Shown piece by piece: positions 44,142 through 54,500 of a stretch of 64,000 bases of DNA; position 1 is the stretch's first letter; every line of letters starts with the position of its first letter. The stretch spans positions 62,001 to 126,000 of the IMG/VR virus record IMGVR_UViG_3300032236_001613. One strand, given 5' to 3'. The position numbers and the translations under genes were made by a program. The notes beneath the pieces were generated by a model. That model worked only from the letters and a program-made list of their open reading frames with translations, was not told where the DNA came from and did not search any database.

Positions 44142-44969
44142 ATGGGACTAATAATCAATTCAGGATTTACAATAGGACCTAGTGTTATTCTCAATGGTGG
44201 GTTACCAACTGCTATTATTCCTAACGGACTTACATCAGCAACCGCAGCTCCAAATGCCTACATAATCAAACAAGCATATCCAAATAGTACAGATGGATTA
44301 TATTGGTTACAAAATGCCAACATTAATGGTGGAGCACCATTTCAAGCGTATTGTGATATGACTACACAAGGCGGAGGTTGGACACTGATATTACAAAACA
44401 ATTATAGTGATTGGGGATACTCTGAGACTTTACTACGCAACCAAACTTCTGCTCCTACAACATTAGTTCCGAATGGTGCCTATGGCAGTGATGGATCGGC
44501 AAACTATAGTATTGTTGGCTGGGCAGATTATATTAAACGCAGCGCCAGCGGGTTTGATTTTATGATAGAAATAGGCAGTCGAGGAGGAATCGGAGGTATC
44601 TGGACTGCTAACGAAGCTTATAGTTTTACCGGTCGAGTTGATGTACCTACACTTCAAACACAAGGTTCACCGGTATACTTTGGTGGTAACACACAAGATG
44701 TTATTACAGGAACTGCCGGATTTCGTCAGAACATTACAGAAGTACACAAATTTGGTAATTGGAATTATAGCGACAGCGGGATGGAGCATCGTATGCCCTG
44801 GTATAATCCCGGAGATATAGGTATACCTGGTGTACTTACAACTACTCACGACGACCCTGGTGATTGGTGGGGTACATTAGTAGAATATTATGGTAGTGGA
44901 TTTACTCCTAGTCCGTGGGACCAATCGGTAGCTTTCCAATCGACAGTAGTCTGGTACTGGGTGCGTTAA
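44142..44969 (+). CDS. Fibrinogen C-terminal-like lectin domain protein
   Basis: DG.YW...YCDMTTQGGGWTLI. Confidence 0.8.
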   Translation: MGLIINSGFTIGPSVILNGGLPTAIIPNGLTSATAAPNAYIIKQAYPNSTDGLYWLQNANINGGAPFQAYCDMTTQGGGWTLILQNNYSDWGYSETLLRNQTSAPTTLVPNGAYGSDGSANYSIVGWADYIKRSASGFDFMIEIGSRGGIGGIWTANEAYSFTGRVDVPTLQTQGSPVYFGGNTQDVITGTAGFRQNITEVHKFGNWNYSDSGMEHRMPWYNPGDIGIPGVLTTTHDDPGDWWGTLVEYYGSGFTPSPWDQSVAFQSTVVWYWVR

Positions 44970-45601
44970 TGAAAATTCGCCCTGCTAACACAAGAGGCTA
45001 CCTAAACGTAGGTTGGATAGAATCGCGTAGAACATTCAGCAACAATAGCTACTGGGATCCTAAGTATACAAACTGGTGGGATCTCAAAGTAATTAATGAC
45101 GATATACAACAGCCCGGCAACTGTGTGCCTAATCATGAGCACCGTAACTTTGACATATTAGGATATATGGTCGAAGGTGAATTAGAGCATAAAGATAGTT
45201 TAGGCAATGTGGCCCGTGCAAAGCCCGGACAAATACAGCATATGTGGTGCGGTAAGAGTATATGGCATACAGAAGCTTGTGTCAGCAATATTCCTGCAAG
45301 ATATCTACAAATTTGGATTACTCCTAAACAGGAACACTTTAACACCAATCCTTACTATGAGATAATAGAAAAAACTACAGACTATGGACCCATTGTAATC
45401 GACTTAAAGCAGGATATGCAAATAAATGCAGGCATTATTAAAGGTCAACATACTTTAAATGTAAAAAATCAAGCCTACTTATATGTTATATCTGGAACTG
45501 TTACTGGCAGTAATTTTATATTAAAAGAAGGCGATGGTGCTGAATTATATAGCAATCTTACAGCAACATTTGATGCGCATATACTACTGTTTGAAGAATA
45601 G
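44969..45601 (+). CDS. Pirin-family cupin
   Basis: SR.TFS...Y, L.VINDD, H.H.NF.I..Y..EG.LEH.DS.GN, G.IWH.E, LQIWI; start at 44969. Confidence 0.9.
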   Translation: MKIRPANTRGYLNVGWIESRRTFSNNSYWDPKYTNWWDLKVINDDIQQPGNCVPNHEHRNFDILGYMVEGELEHKDSLGNVARAKPGQIQHMWCGKSIWHTEACVSNIPARYLQIWITPKQEHFNTNPYYEIIEKTTDYGPIVIDLKQDMQINAGIIKGQHTLNVKNQAYLYVISGTVTGSNFILKEGDGAELYSNLTATFDAHILLFEE

Positions 45602-45637
45602 TTTTTAAGTATAAATATAGAATAATAAGGAAAAATA

Positions 45638-45874
45638 ATGGCGCTTAACCATATTTCTACAGCAACTTCAAGTACTGCAATAGCTACTAAACTCTATCGC
45701 AGAGACTTAAAGTTGAACTTAGCACAAACTAAGCGTCAGAGCAGTACCGCTACGTGGCATAGAGTATTAAATATAATATCAGGAACGCATGTTGCTTATG
45801 TTAGTACATCAACTGCTACTGTTAGAGGAACCACTAGCCCTACTGTTGGGCATCCGTGGACATTAGGAGTATAA
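45638..45874 (+). CDS. Small late protein
   Basis: TATAAATA at 45610 and AAGGA RBS. Confidence 0.7.
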   Translation: MALNHISTATSSTAIATKLYRRDLKLNLAQTKRQSSTATWHRVLNIISGTHVAYVSTSTATVRGTTSPTVGHPWTLGV

Positions 45875-45877
45875 GGC

Positions 45878-46090
45878 ATGAGGGCAGCAGAGTTTATGAG
45901 AGCTATTGCAGACGTTATCGACAAGCTCGATGGCAAAGAATCTGAGCCCGAAGTTAAAGGTCCTTTAGAGCGTGATGTATTTGTTCCCCCTTTACAGACT
46001 AAAATTGAAATAATGAAGAAAATGGCCGATGTGCCACAGAAGAACGCAGATTTATTAGCGGCGGATGACGACGATCCACTAGATGGCTAA
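45878..46090 (+). CDS. Small late protein
   Basis: MRAAEF start; FVPPLQ.K.E motif. Confidence 0.7.
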   Translation: MRAAEFMRAIADVIDKLDGKESEPEVKGPLERDVFVPPLQTKIEIMKKMADVPQKNADLLAADDDDPLDG

Positions 46091-46100
46091 GGAGTGATCC

Positions 46101-49100
46101 GTGGCCTATACACAGGATTTTTTTACCAGTAGACGAAATTACGGCGATGGCACTACCCGAATAGGGGAAGTAGGCCGCCTCTGGTATGATCCTATTACCA
46201 ATACTATTAGAGTTAGTGACGGTGTTACTCCCGGTGGCATTATTGTTACAGGTGGAGGCGGCGGTGGCGGAACTACTACTATTGTGTCTGGTACTGCTCC
46301 TGGAGTACAGCCTACCGGAACACTTTGGTGGAATACTACTGATGGTAATTTATATGTAAGCTATCAAGGAACATGGGTTGATGCATCTGCGCAGTATGTA
46401 TTAGCTGCCGCCACCACAAGCACATTAGGTGGAGTTAAAATCGGAGCAGGAATCACTGTTGCTCCTGATGGAACTATATCTGTTACAGGAGTATCTGGTA
46501 ATGGTTATACCGGATCACAAGGTGCTACAGGATATATCGGAAGTGCAGGTGTTGATGGTATTAATGGGTATACTGGGTCTGCTGGTATTGATGGAGTCAA
46601 TGGGTATGTAGGCAGTACAGGATATACCGGTAGCTCAAGTGCTGCTATTGTTTCCGATACTAATCCCGGAACAGAAGCCACAGGCACATTCTGGTGGAAT
46701 ACAATTGATGGCAACTTATATATCAATTACCAAAACACTTGGGTAGATGCAGTTGCGCAATATGTATTATCAACAGCTACTACAAGTACGTTAGGCGGAG
46801 TTAAAATTGGCAGCGGCATTAGTATTACCGCTGACGGTACTATATCTGTTACAGGCGGGGCAGGTAATGGATATACTGGTTCTGCAGGAATTAATGGTAT
46901 AAGTGGATATACTGGATCTGCAGGTGTTGATGGTGTAGCTGGTTATACCGGCAGTACAGGATATACCGGTAGCTCAAGTGCTGCTATTGTTTCCGATACT
47001 AATCCAGGGCCAGAATCAACCGGAACGTTCTGGTGGAATACTATTGATGGCAATCTATACATTAACTATCAAAATACTTGGGTCGATGCTGTTGCGCAGT
47101 ATGTATTATCGACAGCTACTACAAGTACATTAGGCGGCGTTAAAATTGGTAGCGGCATTAGTATTACTAGTGACGGCACTATATCTGTTATTGGTGGAGT
47201 AGGAAACGGATATACCGGATCCGCGGGTACTAATGGAACTTCTGGATATATTGGTAGTGCCGGTGTTGCCGGATACATTGGTTCTGCTGGCATAGGTTAT
47301 GTAGGTAGTTCAGGTATCGATGGTATTAATGGATATACTGGTTCTGCTGGTATTGATGGAACCCTTGGATATGTCGGTAGTATAGGTTACGTAGGATCAG
47401 TTGGCACAGTAATCGTATCAGACACTGCGCCTGTGTCCGAATCAACAGGAACACTATGGTGGAATAGTATTGATGGCAATTTGTATGTAGAATACCAAGG
47501 AACTTGGGTAGATGCCGTTTCACAATTTGTATTAACAACTGCTACTACAAGTACATTAGGTGGGGTTAAAATTGGTAGTGGTATTAGCATTACCGGCGAT
47601 GGCACAATATCTGTTATAGGTGCGATTGGCTACGTAGGTAGTGCCGGTATTGACGGAATAACTGGGTACACTGGTTCTCAGGGAAATATCGGTTATTATG
47701 GAAGCAAAGGGTATACAGGCAGTGTAGGATACATTGGAAGCAAAGGGTATACTGGTAGTAAGGGGTATACTGGTTCACAAGGTGATATTGGTTATGTAGG
47801 TTCGCAAGGCAATATCGGTTATGTAGGTAGTGCAGGCATCGATGGTTATATTGGTTCTCAAGGTGATATTGGTTATGTAGGTAGTGCAGGTATCGATGGT
47901 TATATTGGTTCACAAGGCGATATTGGCTATATTGGTAGTGCAGGTATCGATGGTTATATTGGTTCGCAAGGTGATATTGGTTATGTAGGTAGTGCAGGTA
48001 TCGATGGTTACGTAGGTTCACAAGGTGATATTGGTTATGTAGGTAGTGCAGGTATCGATGGTTATATTGGTTCGCAAGGTGATATAGGTTATGTAGGTAG
48101 TGCAGGTATCGATGGTTATATTGGTTCACAAGGTGATATTGGTTATGTAGGTAGTATAGGCTACTTTGGAAGTATTGGATACAACGGAAGTAAGGGTTAT
48201 ACAGGTAGCATCGGTTATGTGGGCAGCATCGGTTATGTGGGCAGCATTGGATACAGCGGCTCTGCAGGTAGCTTCAACCCTATCATTTCAGACACTCCTA
48301 TCACCTACAATACAAGCCAACTATGGTGGAACAGTATTGACGGCAACTTATACATAGGATTTGAAAACTATTGGGTTCCTGCTGTACAAACTACAATAGG
48401 TCCGCAAGGATTAATAGGTTACATCGGTTCGCGAGGTATACAAGGGCCTATAGGACCTAATATTCCAGCAAGTGCTAGCCAACTGGGCAGCGTGATTATA
48501 GGCAATAATATCAACGTTGACGTTAATGGTGTTATTAGTATTCCTCAAAATGTTAATACGAGTGCTACTGTTATTTTTGATCAATTAACAGTTAACAACC
48601 TTAGTGTGTTAGGAACATTTACAAATGTTATACCCGCCGAGATACTAGGATACAGACTCTATCTTGCTAGTAGTGCTACTAACACTTCTACTATTAATAA
48701 CGGTGGTATACAGTTAGGCAGCACCACTACCGGTATACGTAGCTTACTATGGAATTACAACAACGGCAATGACTATTGGTATACAGATACTACTACCGGA
48801 TTCCAAACCGAGCACTTAGTAGCCGGATATAGTATTTTAAATAGTTTACAAGTCACTAACAAAGCCAACTTTGGCTTTGTAAACTTGTCATTAACTTACA
48901 CAAATGCTGTTATACAGATAGATAGTTATGGTGACAATTACACGCAGGTTATACTGCAAAATCACAGTTCCGGTACTAACGCTTCTGGCGACTTTATTGT
49001 AACTAATGATGCGGGCAACGATGCCATGCATTATATTGACTTAGGTATTAACAGTAGCAATTACAATACCAGCACTTGGACTGTTAACGGTCCCGACGAT

Positions 49101-51524
49101 GGTTACTTGTATGTGGATGCAGGTAACTTAAGTATTGGTACAGACACTCCAGGCAAGGGTTTACAATTCTTTACCGAAGGTACAATGTCTGAAAACATTG
49201 TGGCTACTATTACTACTGGTAGTTTAAATGTCAACAACATTAATACACTTAATAGTTCAACACTATCTCTTAACTTAGCAAATAATGGTAGTGTTAGTGT
49301 TAATACCATAAACATCCCCGTTGGAACTATTTTAGGTAGTACCACTGCTACGATATATACATTGGCCAGTTTAACATTAACTAATGTTATTGCGCATAGT
49401 ACATTGACTACAGACACATTATCTGCAGGACAGTATGGATTATTAAATGGTATTGCTGCTCCATATGCTGTTTATGAATTTACACAAACTCCTACACCTG
49501 CTCTACAAGTAGGCGACATACTAAGTGGTGCGGGCATACCTAACATATTACCTGGAGGTGTTATAGGATATACCGGTACTGTGGTATTAGCAGTCTGCAC
49601 CGGAACATATAGTAATTTGATTGTAGGCTATAGTGATTATAGTTATAGTGCAATTAGTTTACCTGCACCGGGTGTTTCAGTCTTAGTAGGACGCAATACA
49701 CTAAATGCCAATCTAGCTGTCACTACTCCGCCTATTACAGACGTTGGATTATTCCCGGGAGTTGCTGGAAACATTATTGCGGGACGCAATATATTACCAT
49801 TAGTTAATGATACCTACGACTTAGGGTCGCCTGCTATGCGGTGGCGTCATATATGGTTTGGTGCTGGTACAATTTATATCTTGGACGAAACATTAGGTAC
49901 CGACACTGCTATCGGTGCTAAAGATGGACTAGTATACTTACAAGGCGGTGTAGGATTAACTGTAGGTGAATTTACATTAGTTGACAACCAAATTAAAATT
50001 GCCAATCCCGCTCGTGATATCTTAGTAGGTACAACTACTGCCACAGGCAGTGTTATATTCAATCGTCCGATTAGAGTTAATGCTCCTGCTGGCAATACCG
50101 CATTTGTTGTGGATAGATTGGGTTTAACCACTATCAATCCCCCAATATCATTATCAAATACACAGTCAGCATTAAGTATTATTGGTAATGCTAGTGGTAT
50201 ACAACAGCCTCGTAACTTTAACAATACTATGTTACAAATTACAGGAGCAGATAGTACTGCTACTCGTATAAGTTTGGATGCATTTGGTACAGGATCGTAT
50301 CCTGTTATTGCTGGTAGACAAGCTGGCGGTACCGTTACTGCTCCTACTCAAACTAAGAACGGCGATACACTATTACGGTTTAGTTCTCAAGGATGGGGTA
50401 CTACTGGGTATGTTACTACAATCGGCCGCATTAATGTGCAGGCTGTGCAGGATTTTACTGACACTGCTGCAGGTACTAGAATACGTTTTCAAGTAACTCC
50501 TGTAAACACAAACAGTATACAAACTGTTACAGCAGATATTACTGCTACAGGATTAAGTTTAGTTGGTAACTCTATCGGTGGAATCACCTTTAGAGATAAT
50601 ACATTCCAGTATACAGCGTTTACAACATCAAGTGCTGTAACTAGCATTCGTGCAGGAACTGGCACACACGTTAGTTCCACAACCGGCGATGTTACTGTTT
50701 GGGTAGATTTATTAAGCGGCCCTACAGGTTACACAGGTAGTGTTGGTTATACTGGAAGTATCGGATATACTGGATCAAAAGGTTATACTGGCAGTATTGG
50801 CTATACTGGCAGTATTGGTTACACAGGCAGTATTGGCTATATTGGCAGTATTGGCTATATTGGCAGTATTGGCTATATTGGCAGTATTGGTTCAATCGGA
50901 TATACAGGAAGTGTTGGTTATACTGGTTCAATCGGATATACAGGAAGTGTTGGTTATACTGGTTCAATCGGATATACAGGAAGTGTTGGTTATACTGGTA
51001 GTGTTGGCTATACTGGTAGCATAGGTTATACTGGTTCTGCTAGCACAGTGCAGGGCCCACAAGGTTACGTTGGTAGCATAGGATATACAGGTAGTTTTCC
51101 CGGGTCATATGTCAGTAGTATCACAGCAGGTACAGGCACAGCAGTATCAACATCAACAGGTGCTGTTACAGTCTGGGCAATACCGCAGGCAATTACTAGC
51201 ACCGGAACTACATCAGCTACTAACATCACAGTAAACCTATCTGGTCCAACTTTTGTATATTGGCAACCCACAGCTAATGGCAATAGAACTATAACACTAA
51301 CTGGATTTTCGCCTGGTAGAAAAATTGAAATGTTTATTACCCCTCATACTGTTAATGACATTTTTACAGTAAGCGGAGTTACTACTAGTCAATGCAGTAA
51401 CGGTAAAAATACTTTTACAATGAATGGAGTCGGAGCATCGCAACAAAACAGTTTTATGCTACAGATTTATTGTACCACTAATGCAATAGGCGGTGTTTGG
51501 ATTTATGGCAATGGTAGTTTGTAA
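46101..51524 (+). CDS. Long collagen-like tail fibre (1807 aa)
   Basis: Repeated GT.WWN..DGNLY..YQ.TWVDA..ATTSTLGGVKIG.GI modules separated by G-X-Y tracts. Confidence 0.85.
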   Translation: MAYTQDFFTSRRNYGDGTTRIGEVGRLWYDPITNTIRVSDGVTPGGIIVTGGGGGGGTTTIVSGTAPGVQPTGTLWWNTTDGNLYVSYQGTWVDASAQYVLAAATTSTLGGVKIGAGITVAPDGTISVTGVSGNGYTGSQGATGYIGSAGVDGINGYTGSAGIDGVNGYVGSTGYTGSSSAAIVSDTNPGTEATGTFWWNTIDGNLYINYQNTWVDAVAQYVLSTATTSTLGGVKIGSGISITADGTISVTGGAGNGYTGSAGINGISGYTGSAGVDGVAGYTGSTGYTGSSSAAIVSDTNPGPESTGTFWWNTIDGNLYINYQNTWVDAVAQYVLSTATTSTLGGVKIGSGISITSDGTISVIGGVGNGYTGSAGTNGTSGYIGSAGVAGYIGSAGIGYVGSSGIDGINGYTGSAGIDGTLGYVGSIGYVGSVGTVIVSDTAPVSESTGTLWWNSIDGNLYVEYQGTWVDAVSQFVLTTATTSTLGGVKIGSGISITGDGTISVIGAIGYVGSAGIDGITGYTGSQGNIGYYGSKGYTGSVGYIGSKGYTGSKGYTGSQGDIGYVGSQGNIGYVGSAGIDGYIGSQGDIGYVGSAGIDGYIGSQGDIGYIGSAGIDGYIGSQGDIGYVGSAGIDGYVGSQGDIGYVGSAGIDGYIGSQGDIGYVGSAGIDGYIGSQGDIGYVGSIGYFGSIGYNGSKGYTGSIGYVGSIGYVGSIGYSGSAGSFNPIISDTPITYNTSQLWWNSIDGNLYIGFENYWVPAVQTTIGPQGLIGYIGSRGIQGPIGPNIPASASQLGSVIIGNNINVDVNGVISIPQNVNTSATVIFDQLTVNNLSVLGTFTNVIPAEILGYRLYLASSATNTSTINNGGIQLGSTTTGIRSLLWNYNNGNDYWYTDTTTGFQTEHLVAGYSILNSLQVTNKANFGFVNLSLTYTNAVIQIDSYGDNYTQVILQNHSSGTNASGDFIVTNDAGNDAMHYIDLGINSSNYNTSTWTVNGPDDGYLYVDAGNLSIGTDTPGKGLQFFTEGTMSENIVATITTGSLNVNNINTLNSSTLSLNLANNGSVSVNTINIPVGTILGSTTATIYTLASLTLTNVIAHSTLTTDTLSAGQYGLLNGIAAPYAVYEFTQTPTPALQVGDILSGAGIPNILPGGVIGYTGTVVLAVCTGTYSNLIVGYSDYSYSAISLPAPGVSVLVGRNTLNANLAVTTPPITDVGLFPGVAGNIIAGRNILPLVNDTYDLGSPAMRWRHIWFGAGTIYILDETLGTDTAIGAKDGLVYLQGGVGLTVGEFTLVDNQIKIANPARDILVGTTTATGSVIFNRPIRVNAPAGNTAFVVDRLGLTTINPPISLSNTQSALSIIGNASGIQQPRNFNNTMLQITGADSTATRISLDAFGTGSYPVIAGRQAGGTVTAPTQTKNGDTLLRFSSQGWGTTGYVTTIGRINVQAVQDFTDTAAGTRIRFQVTPVNTNSIQTVTADITATGLSLVGNSIGGITFRDNTFQYTAFTTSSAVTSIRAGTGTHVSSTTGDVTVWVDLLSGPTGYTGSVGYTGSIGYTGSKGYTGSIGYTGSIGYTGSIGYIGSIGYIGSIGYIGSIGSIGYTGSVGYTGSIGYTGSVGYTGSIGYTGSVGYTGSVGYTGSIGYTGSASTVQGPQGYVGSIGYTGSFPGSYVSSITAGTGTAVSTSTGAVTVWAIPQAITSTGTTSATNITVNLSGPTFVYWQPTANGNRTITLTGFSPGRKIEMFITPHTVNDIFTVSGVTTSQCSNGKNTFTMNGVGASQQNSFMLQIYCTTNAIGGVWIYGNGSL

Positions 51525-51579
51525 GGTGAGTGCCATTGTTATAGTTAGAAGATATAGGTAATGAGGAGTTAAATACGGC

Positions 51580-54500
51580 ATGTCATTAAATTTTCCACCA
51601 GGCGCTACAACAGGAACTACTTACAATGGGTATACCTACGATGGCACTAAATGGGTGTCCACTAGCACTATACCTACTAATCAAAGTTTATATACTACTG
51701 ACGTAGTTACGTTTGCTGGGATTAATGCTACAGGCGATATTATACCTGCAGCCGATAATACATATAACTTAGGATCGCCAGCAAATAAATGGAAGCACGT
51801 ATTTGTAACTAGTGGATCTATATATCTCGGCGATGTTAAATTAAGTACACAAAATGGTCAACTAGTAATACAAAATGTCAGCTATACATATAATACTGTA
51901 ACCAACATTATTAATACCGAAACTGTTATTAATACCTATGCTGCTCCTACTATTGTTCCGTTTTTTACAGTTACCAATGCTTTTGTCGCCGGTAATATAA
52001 TAACTACATCTACAGATGCCAGTACAACCACAGTAACAGCTAATGCACTATATGTAGCAGGTGGCGTAGGTATTGGAAAATCACTTTATGTAACTGGTCC
52101 TGCTATATTTAAAAATGATGTAGTATTTGGTGGATCAACTAATTACGTCTACAGCACTAATACAGTTTATACAGATAATATTCTAGAATTACATGCTCCT
52201 CCCGGAGGAGTCAACGGGCAGTGGACATTTAATGACGGCAAAGACATAGGATTAAGATTCCATTATTACAGTAATACTGATACTAATGCAGCTTTAGTAT
52301 TAGCACAAGATTCTGGAAATTTAGAGTGGTATAGTTCAGGTGCTGAGGGTAGTTCTACTTTTGTTGGCGTTACTTATGGTAACATCAAAGCTGGCGGAAT
52401 AATTCTAGTTAATAGTACAGCATCTGTTAATACACAAACCGGTGCATTAGTTGTTGCCGGTGGTGTAGGTGTTGGTGGAGACATCAATATCGGAGGTTCT
52501 ATTTACATTAACGGATCTGCAGTAGGCTATGGCTATACTGGATCGTTAGGATACGTAGGTAGTATAGGTTATGCAGGATCACAAGGTATCACCGGGTATA
52601 CAGGCAGTACTGGATATACAGGTAGTATAGGTTATGTAGGCAGTATTGGTTATACAGGTAGTACAGGATATACTGGTAGCATTGGTTACATAGGATCAAT
52701 AGGTTATACCGGTAGCTTTGGATATGTAGGCAGTGCAGGATTGATTGCTAATCCATATTCAGGTATTTTAACAATAACTAATACCACAAATTCTATTGGA
52801 GCTACTACAGGCGCTTTAGTAATTACTGGCGGGTTAGGGGTTGGCAAAGACGTTAACATTGGCGGTAACTTAAATGTTAATGCAATTACTGCTACTAATT
52901 TAACTCTTAAAAATAATCGAATTGTCTTAGGCAATGGAACTCCCGTTAATACTACTGTGTCGAACGCAATAATGATCGGTAACGGTGCAGGTTCTGGTAT
53001 TACATCCGGTGACCCTAATCTTATTGTTATAGGATATGGTGCATACCAAATTGGATCAGGTTCGACCGCAATTAGTAATAATATTGCTATAGGCACAGCT
53101 GCTTTACAAGGAGGTAATTTAGCAGGTTCGGCCGGAGCCAATATAGCAATTGGTTATAATGCTTTCTCATTTGGGCCTACCGGAGATTATAATATTGCGT
53201 TAGGTACTAACGTTGGTGCTAATATGACTCAAGCTACTTACCTAGTAGCTGTAGGATTTAACGCTGCTTATGGACTTTCTGCAAAAAGTACAACCGCAAC
53301 ATCAGTTGGAAACATAGCAATAGGATATAAAGCATTATATGCATCAGCGTTTCAAGCTGACGGTATAGTTGCTATTGGTCCAAATGCTGGTTACAATAGT
53401 GCACAAGGTAATTTCTCTATTGTCATAGGAAATTCAGCAACTAGTGTAGCAAACTCCATAGTTTTAAATGCTTCAGGAACTAAGGCTGTAAGAGGAACAG
53501 TATCTGGATTTTATGTTAATCCGGTGAGAGCAGACAGCAGCACCAGTGCTACAACTTGGGCTGTATTTTATAATCCAGCAACATATGAACTTACAACAGC
53601 TAGCACATTTGTTGGATATTATGGTAGTATCGGATATAATGGAAGTATTGGATATGTAGGTAGCGCGGGTACTAATGGATATAATGGAAGTATTGGGTAT
53701 ACCGGAAGTATCGGTTATATAGGATCTTTAGGATATACTGGTAGTCGTGGTTATACAGGAAGTATCGGGTATACCGGCAGTGCCGGAGCAGCAAGTACTG
53801 TACCAGGTCCAAAAGGCGATATCGGTTACACGGGCAGCGTGGCAACCCCATATCAACTAGTAAACAGTGATTATACACTTCAACTGAGTAATGCCGGTGA
53901 TGTAACTATCAATAATACAGGTATTAACGGATCAGGATTATACTTTGACGGAACTACTAATCTTTTGATAAGTCCTGGTATACAGTTTGGCACATCAGCA
54001 TTTACAATGGAAGTATGGTTTCAAATTGATCCCGGATATACTGACCAGTACGCACTTATTGGTCCACCTAGTTCCAACGTGGGGTCGTTAGGAGCAAGAG
54101 GAGATGAAAACGGAGCAGGAATTACTTATGATGCGGGGAACGGAAGTACCCAATTTGTTTATGCTCAAGGAGCAATCACTACCGGAGTACCGCATCATAT
54201 AGCCTTTGTTAGAGATAGTAGCAACAACTGTCAGGTATTCTTAGATGGTGTTGCCTGTACCACCGGAGTTCAAACTATCCCCGATGACCTAACTTCAAAC
54301 GTAACAGATACACACGAAATAGGCGGGTGGAACGATGGTACTTATGGTCAATATTATCTGCATGGCTTCATCACCGGAGTCAAAATAGTAGTAGGCAATA
54401 ACTTATATAACCCTAATGCTAGCAATATAACTGTACCTTCGTTGCCATTTACAAATAGTACCGGAACTCAATTATTGATTAATCCTACAGATTCTGTATC

